In this document: one piece after another, positions 26,590-33,964 of the stretch
How positions within the stretch are numbered: position 1 is the stretch's first letter
Layout: the number at the start of each line of letters is the position of its first letter
DNA from: a virus
Lineage: Duplodnaviria; Caudoviricetes
Reading direction: 5' to 3' (one strand)
Virus record (IMG/VR): IMGVR_UViG_3300020598_000052
Location: 1 to 39,640 of that record
DNA length: 39,640 nucleotides
The notes under the pieces: generated by a model
The model's input: the letters and a program-made list of their open reading frames with translations, nothing else
Databases searched by the model: none
What the model was told of the DNA's origin: nothing
Made by a program: the position numbers and the translations under genes

Positions 26590-26720
26590 TAACCCCCCCC
26601 TCCCAAAAATTGCTCCCCGAAAATTCGAGCCTGGCGCGCGGTCCCGAGGCAGTCGAGGCCAGGGATTCGACCCCCTACCCCCCCCCCTCAGGGGGAGGGG
26701 TCGGCTACCCCTCCCCCACC
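26590..26720. other. Putative cos packaging region
   Basis: Non-coding gap between HNH and terS with C8 and C10 tracts and an imperfect inverted repeat (26668-26703). This is the usual cos position in HK97-like phages. Confidence 0.6.
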
Positions 26721-27100
26721 GCGCCGCCCGCCGGGCGGGCCAGCCGCACCGGGTTGGCGAAGCCGCCGTCCTCGGTCGCGGTCTTGCGGTCGTGGCACGG
26801 CTTGCACAGCGCCTGCCAGTTACTGCGCGACCAGAACAGCTTCGCGTCGCCTTTGTGCGGGACGATGTGGTCGACCACTGTGGCCGCGACCACGTGCTCG
26901 TCGGCCAGGTGGATCACACACAGCGGGTTCTCGCGCAGGAACTGCTCGCGGGCACGCCGCCACTTGCTGTCGTATCCCCGACTGGCGGCGCTACCGCGGC
27001 GGGCATCCTGCTCGCGGGCGTGTTCGGCGCAGCGGCCGCGGTCAGCGGCGTATCGTCGGCAACCGGGTTGCACGCATGGTTTCGGGGCTCGCGTTGGCAT
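26705..27100 (-). CDS. HNH endonuclease (HK97 gp74-like terminase cofactor)
   Basis: MPTRAPKPC, RGYDSKW, PLC, VVDHIVPHKGD..LFW..SNWQALCKPCHDRKT motifs. Confidence 0.95.
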   Translation of the reverse strand: MPTRAPKPCVQPGCRRYAADRGRCAEHAREQDARRGSAASRGYDSKWRRAREQFLRENPLCVIHLADEHVVAATVVDHIVPHKGDAKLFWSRSNWQALCKPCHDRKTATEDGGFANPVRLARPAGGAVGEG

Positions 27101-27137
27101 AAGAAGCGCGGGCCGGCACTCGCGCACCGGCCCAACG

Positions 27138-27220
27138 AAAAGGCCCGCGTGATAGCGGGCCAAGGAGACACAGGGAAGCGCAAAGCAAAAAGCCCGACCG
27201 GTCTTCACCGAATCGGGCTT
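27138..27220 (-). terminator. Two intrinsic terminators downstream of the late promoter (tR'-like)
   Basis: AGCCCGA...TCGGGCT followed by TTTT (27187-27220), and GGCCCGC-TATCAC-GCGGGCC followed by TTTT (27138-27161). Confidence 0.8.
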
Positions 27221-27256
27221 GTTTCACCGCACGCACTGATCGCACAGCGTAGCGGA

Positions 27257-27285
27257 AATCTACATGTGACCGGACATCATTTCAA
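27257..27285 (-). promoter_or_regulatory. Late promoter pR'-like
   Basis: TTGAAA (27285-27280), 17-bp spacer, TAGATT (27262-27257). Overlaps the Q stop and is followed by terminators. Confidence 0.7.
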
Positions 27286-27678
27286 GAGCAGGTGCAAGGG
27301 TGGGTATTTAACGCTCTGATTCTTAAGGCAATATCCGACCCCGACCAAAAGCGATTCGTGCATACGTCGCAGATGCCGCTCGCTCACCCTCAACTTGCGC
27401 GCGATGACGCGCTGCAAGTGACCATCGACGTACCACGCCACCGCCAGTTTCTGCAGCTGGTCGGGCAGCTTCCGCACGGCTTCATGCGTGCGCTCGCAGT
27501 CCGGTGGCGACATCGGGATGTACGCCTGCACCGGCAGCGAGCGGATCTCCTCGATCGTCAAGCAGCTTTGGCCGTAGCCGCTCGGCGCCCCACCGCTGAC
27601 CATCCACCGGCCCCACGATTCAAGCTTCGCCACCACCCACGCGTGCGCGTCAACGCGCGCGCCTCTGTCCGCCATCAT
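27277..27678 (-). CDS. Late antiterminator Q-like protein
   Basis: KLESWGRW N-terminal motif, C-terminal HTH (QRVIARKLRVSERHLRR), and position before pR'/tR'. Confidence 0.75.
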   Translation of the reverse strand: MMADRGARVDAHAWVVAKLESWGRWMVSGGAPSGYGQSCLTIEEIRSLPVQAYIPMSPPDCERTHEAVRKLPDQLQKLAVAWYVDGHLQRVIARKLRVSERHLRRMHESLLVGVGYCLKNQSVKYPPLHLLLK

Positions 27679-27995
27679 CGCTTCTGCCTCCCTCCGACCA
27701 TTGCGCGCATCTGCGCGATATTGCGCTCGGCCACCGTCGCGGTGGCCAGCTCCTGCTCTGCCTCCGGCACGCCGGGAATCGGCGGCAGGTGTTCATGCTG
27801 CGCGATGCCCCACAGCCTCGACCATCGATCGGAGGCGCCGGGCCAGGTCGCCGCTCGGATGTCATCGAGGCCAAACCGAACCGCGGTCCAGAACACCGAG
27901 CGGTCGCGCCAGCCTTCTCCCCGGCCCGCGCCATCCGCGAGGCAGGCACGGGCCTCGGCAAAGGCCTGCTCCGCTGTCATGGAGCGACGCGTCAT
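27675..27995 (-). CDS. Hypothetical protein coupled to the putative replication gene
   Basis: ATGA overlaps at both ends. Confidence 0.75.
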   Translation of the reverse strand: MTRRSMTAEQAFAEARACLADGAGRGEGWRDRSVFWTAVRFGLDDIRAATWPGASDRWSRLWGIAQHEHLPPIPGVPEAEQELATATVAERNIAQMRAMVGGRQKR

Positions 27996-29044
27996 GCGCC
28001 CCTCCGCAGCAGCGTCCTTGCCAGCCGCGAAAGCCCGCCGGGCGGCAGCGGTCCTGCCTTACCGCCAATCTCGGCGCCGAACTGCTGCTCCCGCGCGGCC
28101 TGTGCGGCCAGCTGCTGCAGCGCGTGCTCGCGGTCGGCGGCCACCTGTTCCGCGTAGACGGTCTCCCACGCATCCCCTTGCTCTTTGGCCGCGCGCACCA
28201 GCGAATTGAAGTACGGCCAATCCCGGCCGACGATTCCGGCCTGCTTAGCGCCGTGCCATTCGTCCAAAACACGTTGGGCGAGGACCGGGCCTAGGTCACG
28301 CGACGTTCGCGCAATGAAGGCCCGCTGGTGGTGCGGCAGACCCCTCGGCCACTTGAGGTGCTTCTCGAACGCGATATCAGCCGCTACCTCCTCATCCGAT
28401 CGCCGGGCCGAAGGCCCTCTCCCACCGCGCTTAGCCGGCTCGTGGCGTTGCTCTGAGAGCTGCTGCGCATGCGTGCCGATCGGTGTTGCGTCGGGGTTGT
28501 CTTCCTCACGCGCCGCAGGCGTGGGAGGGTCAATCTCGCCATCCCCATCGCGCCGCAGGCGTGAGGGGGTAGGGGGAGTGGGGTTTAAGGTTTTACCGGA
28601 TACCTGATGTGTGTCGGCTTTCGCGCTTGAACTACCCTGTGCATAAGCCCTCGGAGCCTTGCGCGACCTAGGTTTTGAGGCACCCTGATGGGCTACCGCA
28701 CCCCCTCCGGCTTTTTCCTGGACAAGCAAATCCGTGCGGGCGAGCGGCAGTCGAAACCGCAGGCGAAGGTTGTTGCCGATGGACTCCACCAGCCCGACCT
28801 TTTGCAGTTGCGCGATGCGCCTGCGCAGCTGCTGCTCCGAAGGCTTGCACGCCTTCACGCCGGGCCGGCCTGGCATCTCGGTATCCTCGCGCAGCGCCCA
28901 CCACGAAATCGCCGCTGCCGCGCCACCAACGATGCCGGTGGCGTAGTTCATGCGGCGGCGCAGGGCCGAGTACAGATCGCGCGCCAGATGGTCGACCTTG
29001 CGCATCGCAGCCCATTCGTTGTCGTCAATGGCGAACGTCGTCAT
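27992..29044 (-). CDS. Putative replication initiator (wHTH-like N-terminus, low-complexity linker, helical C-terminus)
   Basis: Lambda O-like position and architecture, with internal direct repeats. Function inferred. Confidence 0.6.
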   Translation of the reverse strand: MTTFAIDDNEWAAMRKVDHLARDLYSALRRRMNYATGIVGGAAAAISWWALREDTEMPGRPGVKACKPSEQQLRRRIAQLQKVGLVESIGNNLRLRFRLPLARTDLLVQEKAGGGAVAHQGASKPRSRKAPRAYAQGSSSAKADTHQVSGKTLNPTPPTPSRLRRDGDGEIDPPTPAAREEDNPDATPIGTHAQQLSEQRHEPAKRGGRGPSARRSDEEVAADIAFEKHLKWPRGLPHHQRAFIARTSRDLGPVLAQRVLDEWHGAKQAGIVGRDWPYFNSLVRAAKEQGDAWETVYAEQVAADREHALQQLAAQAAREQQFGAEIGGKAGPLPPGGLSRLARTLLRRGA

Positions 29045-29193
29045 TGGCGCTTCTCCTGCTTGAATTTCTCGGCGCCCCTCTGCCACGCCTGCGCGTGGTC
29101 CGAGCCGGGAAGATAGGGATTTGGGCGACCACGGCGCGCGTCGGCGGCGCCTTTCGCCTCGATCTCGTGACGAGGTTGAATCGGGTAGTCCAT
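29041..29193 (-). CDS. Rmf/CrpP-like 50-aa protein
   Basis: MDYPIQPRHEIEAKGAADARRGRPNPYLPGSDHAQAWQRG: G..A..G..NPY......AW..G pattern. ATGA overlap with the next gene. Confidence 0.6.
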   Translation of the reverse strand: MDYPIQPRHEIEAKGAADARRGRPNPYLPGSDHAQAWQRGAEKFKQEKRQ

Positions 29194-29200
29194 AAGCAAG

Positions 29201-29614
29201 TTAGGGCCGCATCGCGGCCTCACAAAGAGCATCGAACGTGGCCACGAATGCGGTTGGATTGTCGGGGCCACATTCGGCCCGATAGACGGTGGTGGCGCCG
29301 ACCACATCGGCGCGGTATGCCTCGCGCGAACCGCTGTCAGGCATCTGGTGCCAGCGCTCGGCGCAGACTGTGGCGAGCGCCGACATCTGCCGGCCGGCGG
29401 CGAAGGCGAAAAACACGTCGCTGAGGGGCCAGAAAGCCAGCAGGTGAACCGCGAAGGCTTTCAACGAGACGAGCCCCTTCTCGCGCGCGATCCGCTCGAC
29501 GTACGCCCAGGCGCAGCACAGCTGCTGCGGACGCGCGCAATCGAGGCCGATCGCCTCACGGGATGGGCGACAGCAGCGCATGTCCCGGTCGAAACGAACC
29601 GACGGCGGCTTCAC
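29201..29614 (-). CDS. Hypothetical Cys-rich protein
   Basis: In-operon ORF; GTG start 1 bp after the upstream stop (start uncertain). Confidence 0.6.
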   Translation of the reverse strand: MKPPSVRFDRDMRCCRPSREAIGLDCARPQQLCCAWAYVERIAREKGLVSLKAFAVHLLAFWPLSDVFFAFAAGRQMSALATVCAERWHQMPDSGSREAYRADVVGATTVYRAECGPDNPTAFVATFDALCEAAMRP

Positions 29615-29615
29615 G

Positions 29616-29936
29616 CTATTCCCGGTCGAACGAACAGAGGTCATCCCACACGTCGCCCAGGTCGGCACTGCCGTCATAGGTGGCGATCCAATGCTGCTGC
29701 GCCTTGTCGACGCGCAACTGCGCCGCATAGTCGGCGTGGTTGACGCTGACCAGGCGAAACACGCGGCCACGACCGCTCTTGATCGCGAACACGCCAAAGG
29801 GCTCGCCGCCCCGCAGGATGCGTTTCTTGATTCGACCGAACAGCGACACGAGTTCCCGCCTGGTGAGCGGTTTGCGCGATCGCAGCAACGCGCGCTGACG
29901 CATCGCGGGCGGGCTTGACTGAGCCAGCTGCATCAT
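29616..29936 (-). CDS. Hypothetical protein
   Basis: ATGA overlap with the cII-like gene. Confidence 0.7.
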   Translation of the reverse strand: MMQLAQSSPPAMRQRALLRSRKPLTRRELVSLFGRIKKRILRGGEPFGVFAIKSGRGRVFRLVSVNHADYAAQLRVDKAQQHWIATYDGSADLGDVWDDLCSFDRE

Positions 29937-30448
29937 TGCGTTCCCCGCCCTGCTGTCTCGACTGCCGCATCCGCGGTCATCGTCACTTGCATGACGGCCC
30001 GCATCACGTCGAGCGCTTCCTTGTGGATCCGCTCGCGATCTCGGACGCTGATCTCGCCATCCGCTGCACGCTCGGTCACGGCGGCAACCAGCTCAGCGAA
30101 CTCGCGGGAGAGGACGCCTAGCGTCCCGAATACGTCTTTGGTGGACGCCTCACCGAAGGGCGGCTCCACGGCAATGAGGCCGTGCCGCCAACAGAACGCC
30201 TGCACAGGAACCTTCGCCGATGCGACGCCGGCCTCCTCGCACAACTCGACCACGAGAGACGCTTCCTCATAGCTCAACGCATGCGAAGCGATACCGGGCC
30301 GAAGTTTGTTGCGCAGAACGTTGGGCGACACCACCTTGCCCTGCCGCCGGCCCATGGCAAAGGCCAACGCATCGATCCCCCCTGGAAAGCGACGCGCCAG
30401 GTTGTACAGCGCCTCATGCTGGTCGATGTCCGAATACTGATAGGTCAC
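29933..30448 (-). CDS. CII-like phage regulatory protein
   Basis: ALYNLARRFPGGIDALAFAMG.....VLRNKLRP...H and DGEIS..DRERI motifs; located downstream of cro. Confidence 0.82.
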   Translation of the reverse strand: MTYQYSDIDQHEALYNLARRFPGGIDALAFAMGRRQGKVVSPNVLRNKLRPGIASHALSYEEASLVVELCEEAGVASAKVPVQAFCWRHGLIAVEPPFGEASTKDVFGTLGVLSREFAELVAAVTERAADGEISVRDRERIHKEALDVMRAVMQVTMTADAAVETAGRGTQ

Positions 30449-30579
30449 GGTAAACCCCCGGTGTTTTGGCCGTGTCGCCTATGCGGCACCCCGGCTATCT
30501 TTCTGAAAAACGCGGCACGTTGACCGCGGCTCAGGGAGAAATCGAATGGACCACCCAAAGCCTTTCCTGCTTCGCCGCC

Positions 30580-30861
30580 TCACCCCGCTGGAGCGGCACG
30601 CCATCGCACGCCTGCGCAAGCACCGCACCGCGCAGGGCCCTCGGCGGCAACGAGCTCAGGCCAGATGCGCGCCCAATCGTCCGGTCGCAAATCGCTGCGG
30701 CTGACTTGCCCTTCGGTGAGCAATTCGATCTCGACACAACGGATCGGGGGCGGAAGCACACCTCTGATCCACTGGCTCACGAGCCCTTGAGAAACACCCA
30801 AGGCACCAGCGAACTCGTGCTGCGTCACTCCGGCGGTGATAAGGAAGTCTCGTAGCTGCAT
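30580..30861 (-). CDS. cro: Cro/YdaS-like HTH regulator
   Basis: TQHEFAGALGVSQGLVSQWIRG HTH and IE..TEGQVSRSDLRPD tail; divergent from cI. ATG at 30861. Confidence 0.88.
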   Translation of the reverse strand: MQLRDFLITAGVTQHEFAGALGVSQGLVSQWIRGVLPPPIRCVEIELLTEGQVSRSDLRPDDWARIWPELVAAEGPARCGACAGVRWRAAPAG

Positions 30862-30869
30862 GGCGACGA

Positions 30870-30949
30870 ATAATAGAACTTCTACGGAACGTGCGCAATA
30901 GAACATCTATCGTCGTTGTTCGCGCCGACAATAGCGAATCTAATAAAAT
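30870..30949. promoter_or_regulatory. OR region: three operators with divergent pR and pRM-like promoters
   Basis: AATAGAACTTCTACG (30872), AATAGAACATCTATC (30897), AATAGCGAATCTAAT (30930). Minus strand TTGCGC-N17-TATTAT; plus strand -10 TAAAAT at 30944. Confidence 0.8.
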
Positions 30950-30957
30950 CGAGCCCT

Positions 30958-31842
30958 ATGGCCACCGTTCTGAAACGCCCTCTGACCCCCGATGAGCTCG
31001 CGGACGCCGAGCGGCTTCGCGCTGCCTGGAAGGCGTATCAAGACGCCAGAAAGCTTGTAGGCGAGCGCCCAACCCAGGAATGGCTTGCCGTGGAGACCGG
31101 CCTTGGTACTCAAGGGCTCATCTGGCAATACCTGAATGGACGCATCCCGCTGAACCTGAAGGCGCTGCTGAAGATCTGCGCTGCCATTGGGGCACGGCCA
31201 GCGGACATCAGCCCCACACTCGCTAGCGGGCTACCGAATCTAACCTCCACGTCCATACGCCAGAGCTCGGAAATTGGTGTAAACCCTGACGACAAGAGCG
31301 GTGTGCCCCGAAATGGAGCACATGCTTACAATGACCCTTCAACCGGGGCGTTCCCCTCAGAAGGGGATAACTTCGAGGCGGGGCCCGATCTTCGCCCGAG
31401 GAAGTACCCGGAGATTTCTTGGGTGCAAGCGGGGATGTGGACTGAAATTGCAGATAACTTCGTGCCGGAAGAGGCACAAGATTGGCACTATTGCCCCTAC
31501 GATTTGGGCGAAAGGGGCTTCGTGCTGAGGGTCATGGGTACGTCAATGACGTCCCAAGAAGAGAGCGCACGCTATTCATTTCCGGCTGGAACGCTGTTGT
31601 TCGTGAACCCGGACATCGAAGCGGTTCCGGGAAGCTTCGTCATCGTGCGTCGCAACGGCAATGAGGCGACGTTCAAGAAGCTGAGCCTGATTGACGGCGA
31701 ACTGTTCCTGGAAGCGTTGAACCCAAGTTGGCCCAATCGCTATATCCGGGTCACATCAGAGGACGTCATCTGCGGCGTGGTCGTCTTCTCCGGGATGCCT
31801 CTAGTCGCGCCCTTGGCCGGCCGCGCCAGGTTCGGCGGGTAG
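30958..31842 (+). CDS. cI: CI-like repressor, HTH plus S24 autopeptidase
   Basis: HTH (TQEWLAVETGLGTQGLIWQYLNG), Ala-Gly site in WVQAGMW, catalytic Ser in GTSM and Lys in TFKKL. Confidence 0.93.
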   Translation: MATVLKRPLTPDELADAERLRAAWKAYQDARKLVGERPTQEWLAVETGLGTQGLIWQYLNGRIPLNLKALLKICAAIGARPADISPTLASGLPNLTSTSIRQSSEIGVNPDDKSGVPRNGAHAYNDPSTGAFPSEGDNFEAGPDLRPRKYPEISWVQAGMWTEIADNFVPEEAQDWHYCPYDLGERGFVLRVMGTSMTSQEESARYSFPAGTLLFVNPDIEAVPGSFVIVRRNGNEATFKKLSLIDGELFLEALNPSWPNRYIRVTSEDVICGVVVFSGMPLVAPLAGRARFGG

Positions 31843-32184
31843 CTTACCCGCGAGGTCGAGAACCGCGTTCAGAGCGTCCTCGACCTCCTTCGAAATCCGA
31901 CCACCTCGGTCGAGGGCCTGAATCCGTTCAACTAGCCGCTGAGCACTCCGGCTGGTCTTCATTCGGTCCGGCACGGGCCCCACCAGTAACGCCTCGATTG
32001 ACACGGAAAGCGCCTTGGCGATTTCCGCCGCTCGGCCGTACGGGGCGCCGCCCCGTTGCTTCCAGTTTGTCACCACCGCAGTTGCGACATTCAGCCTTCG
32101 CGCAAAAGCAGCCTGGTTAATCCCTGCGGCTCCCATTAATGCCTGCAGCCGCGACCAAGGAATCGTGCTCGTCTTTTTCTCCAT
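31801..32184 (-). CDS. Second XRE-family HTH protein, no peptidase domain
   Basis: WSRLQALM...GINQAAFARRLNVATAVVTNWKQRG..P.....EIAKALSVSIEALL.G; convergent with cI. Confidence 0.85.
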   Translation of the reverse strand: MEKKTSTIPWSRLQALMGAAGINQAAFARRLNVATAVVTNWKQRGGAPYGRAAEIAKALSVSIEALLVGPVPDRMKTSRSAQRLVERIQALDRGGRISKEVEDALNAVLDLAGKLPAEPGAAGQGRD

Positions 32185-32383
32185 GGCCGCGACGCTATCC
32201 GCAAAGGCGTCGCCCCGGCATCACATCTCGTTTACATATTTGGTTGTTTTTTGAACACAAATTGTTACAAAGGAATTGACTCGAACGGCGTCCTTGTGCC
32301 GGCTGCCACACTTCTTACGCCTATGACTTGGGCCGGGAAGACGAAAAACCCAAGCGAACCGCGCGGCGACAGCACTACCGAGA

Positions 32384-32426
32384 AATAGCATTTCTATTGA
32401 CTAGCGATACATAGCGCTTCTATTAT
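32384..32426 (+). promoter_or_regulatory. OL region: two operators overlapping a pL-like promoter
   Basis: AATAGCATTTCTATT (32384) and CATAGCGCTTCTATT (32410). TTGACT (32397), 18-bp spacer, TATTAT (32421). Confidence 0.82.
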
Positions 32427-32453
32427 TCACGGCGATGACCAACAGGAGTCGCC

Positions 32454-32606
32454 ATGAATACGACTGCACTTCCTCCTCTGCTTCGACGCATCGCCACCAT
32501 CGCGACTTACCTCGCGCTAGTTGCGTGCACCCTCGCCGTTCACGCCTGCGCCGTGGAATGGGATAGCCGGGCACACACCACGGCTACTGCGGCACGGCAC
32601 GCGTGA
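32454..32606 (+). CDS. 50-aa single-TM protein, first gene of the pL operon
   Basis: AGGAG SD. MNTTALPPLLRRIATIATYLALVACTLAVHACAVEWDSRAHTTATAARHA; shorter than any ORF in the supplied track. Confidence 0.7.
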   Translation: MNTTALPPLLRRIATIATYLALVACTLAVHACAVEWDSRAHTTATAARHA

Positions 32607-32616
32607 GGGTGGCCAC

Positions 32617-32757
32617 ATGATCCCCTTTCGCATCGTCATCGACGGCCACCGCGTCCAGTTCGGCCTGTTCCGGTCCAGCTTCGACGCGATCGTCTACGCG
32701 CTCGACTGCGGCGCTCGTAGCGCATCGGCCAAGCGAGTCGCCGGAGCGGGGCACTGA
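32617..32757 (+). CDS. 46-aa hypothetical protein
   Basis: GAGGGT SD; MIPFRIVIDGHRVQFGLFRSSFDAIVYALDCGA... Confidence 0.65.
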   Translation: MIPFRIVIDGHRVQFGLFRSSFDAIVYALDCGARSASAKRVAGAGH

Positions 32758-32758
32758 T

Positions 32759-32986
32759 ATGGCCCGGCGTCGCGCGCGCTACACCTTCGCCGACCTGGTC
32801 GAGGGCTTCCGCCTGATGAACGGCTCCGGCATCGCGGAGGTGCGCCTCCTCGACTGGCGCGTCGCCAAGCAGGTCCGCGCATTCCTTGACGCCCGGCGCA
32901 AAGCCGGCGCGCGCCGCCGCCCCCGCCCCCGCTTCGATCCCTCCATCCCCGACCACAAACGCCGTCAGGCAAACGACCTCGACTGA
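32759..32986 (+). CDS. Small basic hypothetical protein
   Basis: Arg-rich 75-aa ORF ending DHKRRQANDLD, tightly packed in the operon. Confidence 0.7.
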   Translation: MARRRARYTFADLVEGFRLMNGSGIAEVRLLDWRVAKQVRAFLDARRKAGARRRPRPRFDPSIPDHKRRQANDLD

Positions 32987-32996
32987 GGAGTCGCAC

Positions 32997-33530
32997 ATGT
33001 TGATTGGACTTACCGGACGCCCTGGTGCTGGCCAGGACGATGCAGCGGACTACCTTTCCAAGGTCCACGGCTTTGCCGTTGTCCGCATCGATGCGCCATT
33101 GCGCCGCATGCTGCAGGCGGGCCTTGGCATCACGCCCGAGCAGCTTTCGCCGGGCCAGCAGCACGAAAAGCCGCCAGGCTTCAGCCACTCGCCATTCGAG
33201 CTTTTGCATAGCCTTCGCTGGACATGGGTACTCACCGCTGTGCATGACGACACGCTGGCCGCGATGGCGCGGGACGCCATCAACGAGGCCGGCCCGCATC
33301 CGGTGGTGATCCCGGACATCTTCACGCCGGCAGAGGCCGCGCTCGTTCACGAGCTGGACGGCCGCATCGTGCGCTTGGTCAACCGTGCAGCCCCATGCCG
33401 CGGCCCTGAGCCGGTGGTGCCCGAGCGCGATTTCGACCAGACGATCGAGGTGCCGCCGCAACCGTTCGGCCTGTTCGATCAGCTCGACGCGTTGGCCGCC
33501 GAAGAGGCATGGATCGGGGCGCTGTCATGA
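32997..33530 (+). CDS. Deoxynucleoside monophosphate kinase-like protein with degenerate P-loop
   Basis: LIGLTGRPGAGQDDAADYL...HGF....DAPLRRML, VVIPD....EA..V...DGRIVRL. GAGGAG SD before ATG 32997. Confidence 0.75.
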   Translation: MLIGLTGRPGAGQDDAADYLSKVHGFAVVRIDAPLRRMLQAGLGITPEQLSPGQQHEKPPGFSHSPFELLHSLRWTWVLTAVHDDTLAAMARDAINEAGPHPVVIPDIFTPAEAALVHELDGRIVRLVNRAAPCRGPEPVVPERDFDQTIEVPPQPFGLFDQLDALAAEEAWIGALS

Positions 33531-33964
33531 GCTGCCGCCACCCATACCAGTGTCGCCGCGCAAGGCAGCCGGACCAGCGCGCCAAGCAAGGGATGCAGCT
33601 GCTGCTGTTTGACGCAATCGCGCGGCTGTTCCTCGACCCGTCCGAAGAATCCTTCACCGCTGCCTATCAACTCGTGGCCACCACCCGCCAAGCGATGGCC
33701 ATCCAACGCGTGACGGACTTCGATGTGCACATCCGGTCGGCGCTGCTCGCACTCGATGACATCGCCACCAGGTGGGAGCAGACCGGCGAAGTCGTGCTGT
33801 ATCGCCTCGAGAAGAAAACGCTGCGCGCCGCCGCGCCGCAGATCGCTGCCGCGATTGACGCGGCCTCCCCTACCGCGCTCGCCACCGCCAAGGATCGCGT
33901 CCAGGCCGAGCTGGCAGCGCAGGGCATCGCCATGCCTTCCGACAATATGGAGACCCTCGCATGA
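33527..33964 (+). CDS. Hypothetical helical protein
   Basis: ATGA overlaps at both ends. Confidence 0.75.
   Translation: MSCRHPYQCRRARQPDQRAKQGMQLLLFDAIARLFLDPSEESFTAAYQLVATTRQAMAIQRVTDFDVHIRSALLALDDIATRWEQTGEVVLYRLEKKTLRAAAPQIAAAIDAASPTALATAKDRVQAELAAQGIAMPSDNMETLA

Noticed and set aside
30580-30861. YdaS/YdaT toxin-antitoxin pair
   Set aside because: Position opposite cI with shared operators identifies it as cro followed by a cII-like gene.
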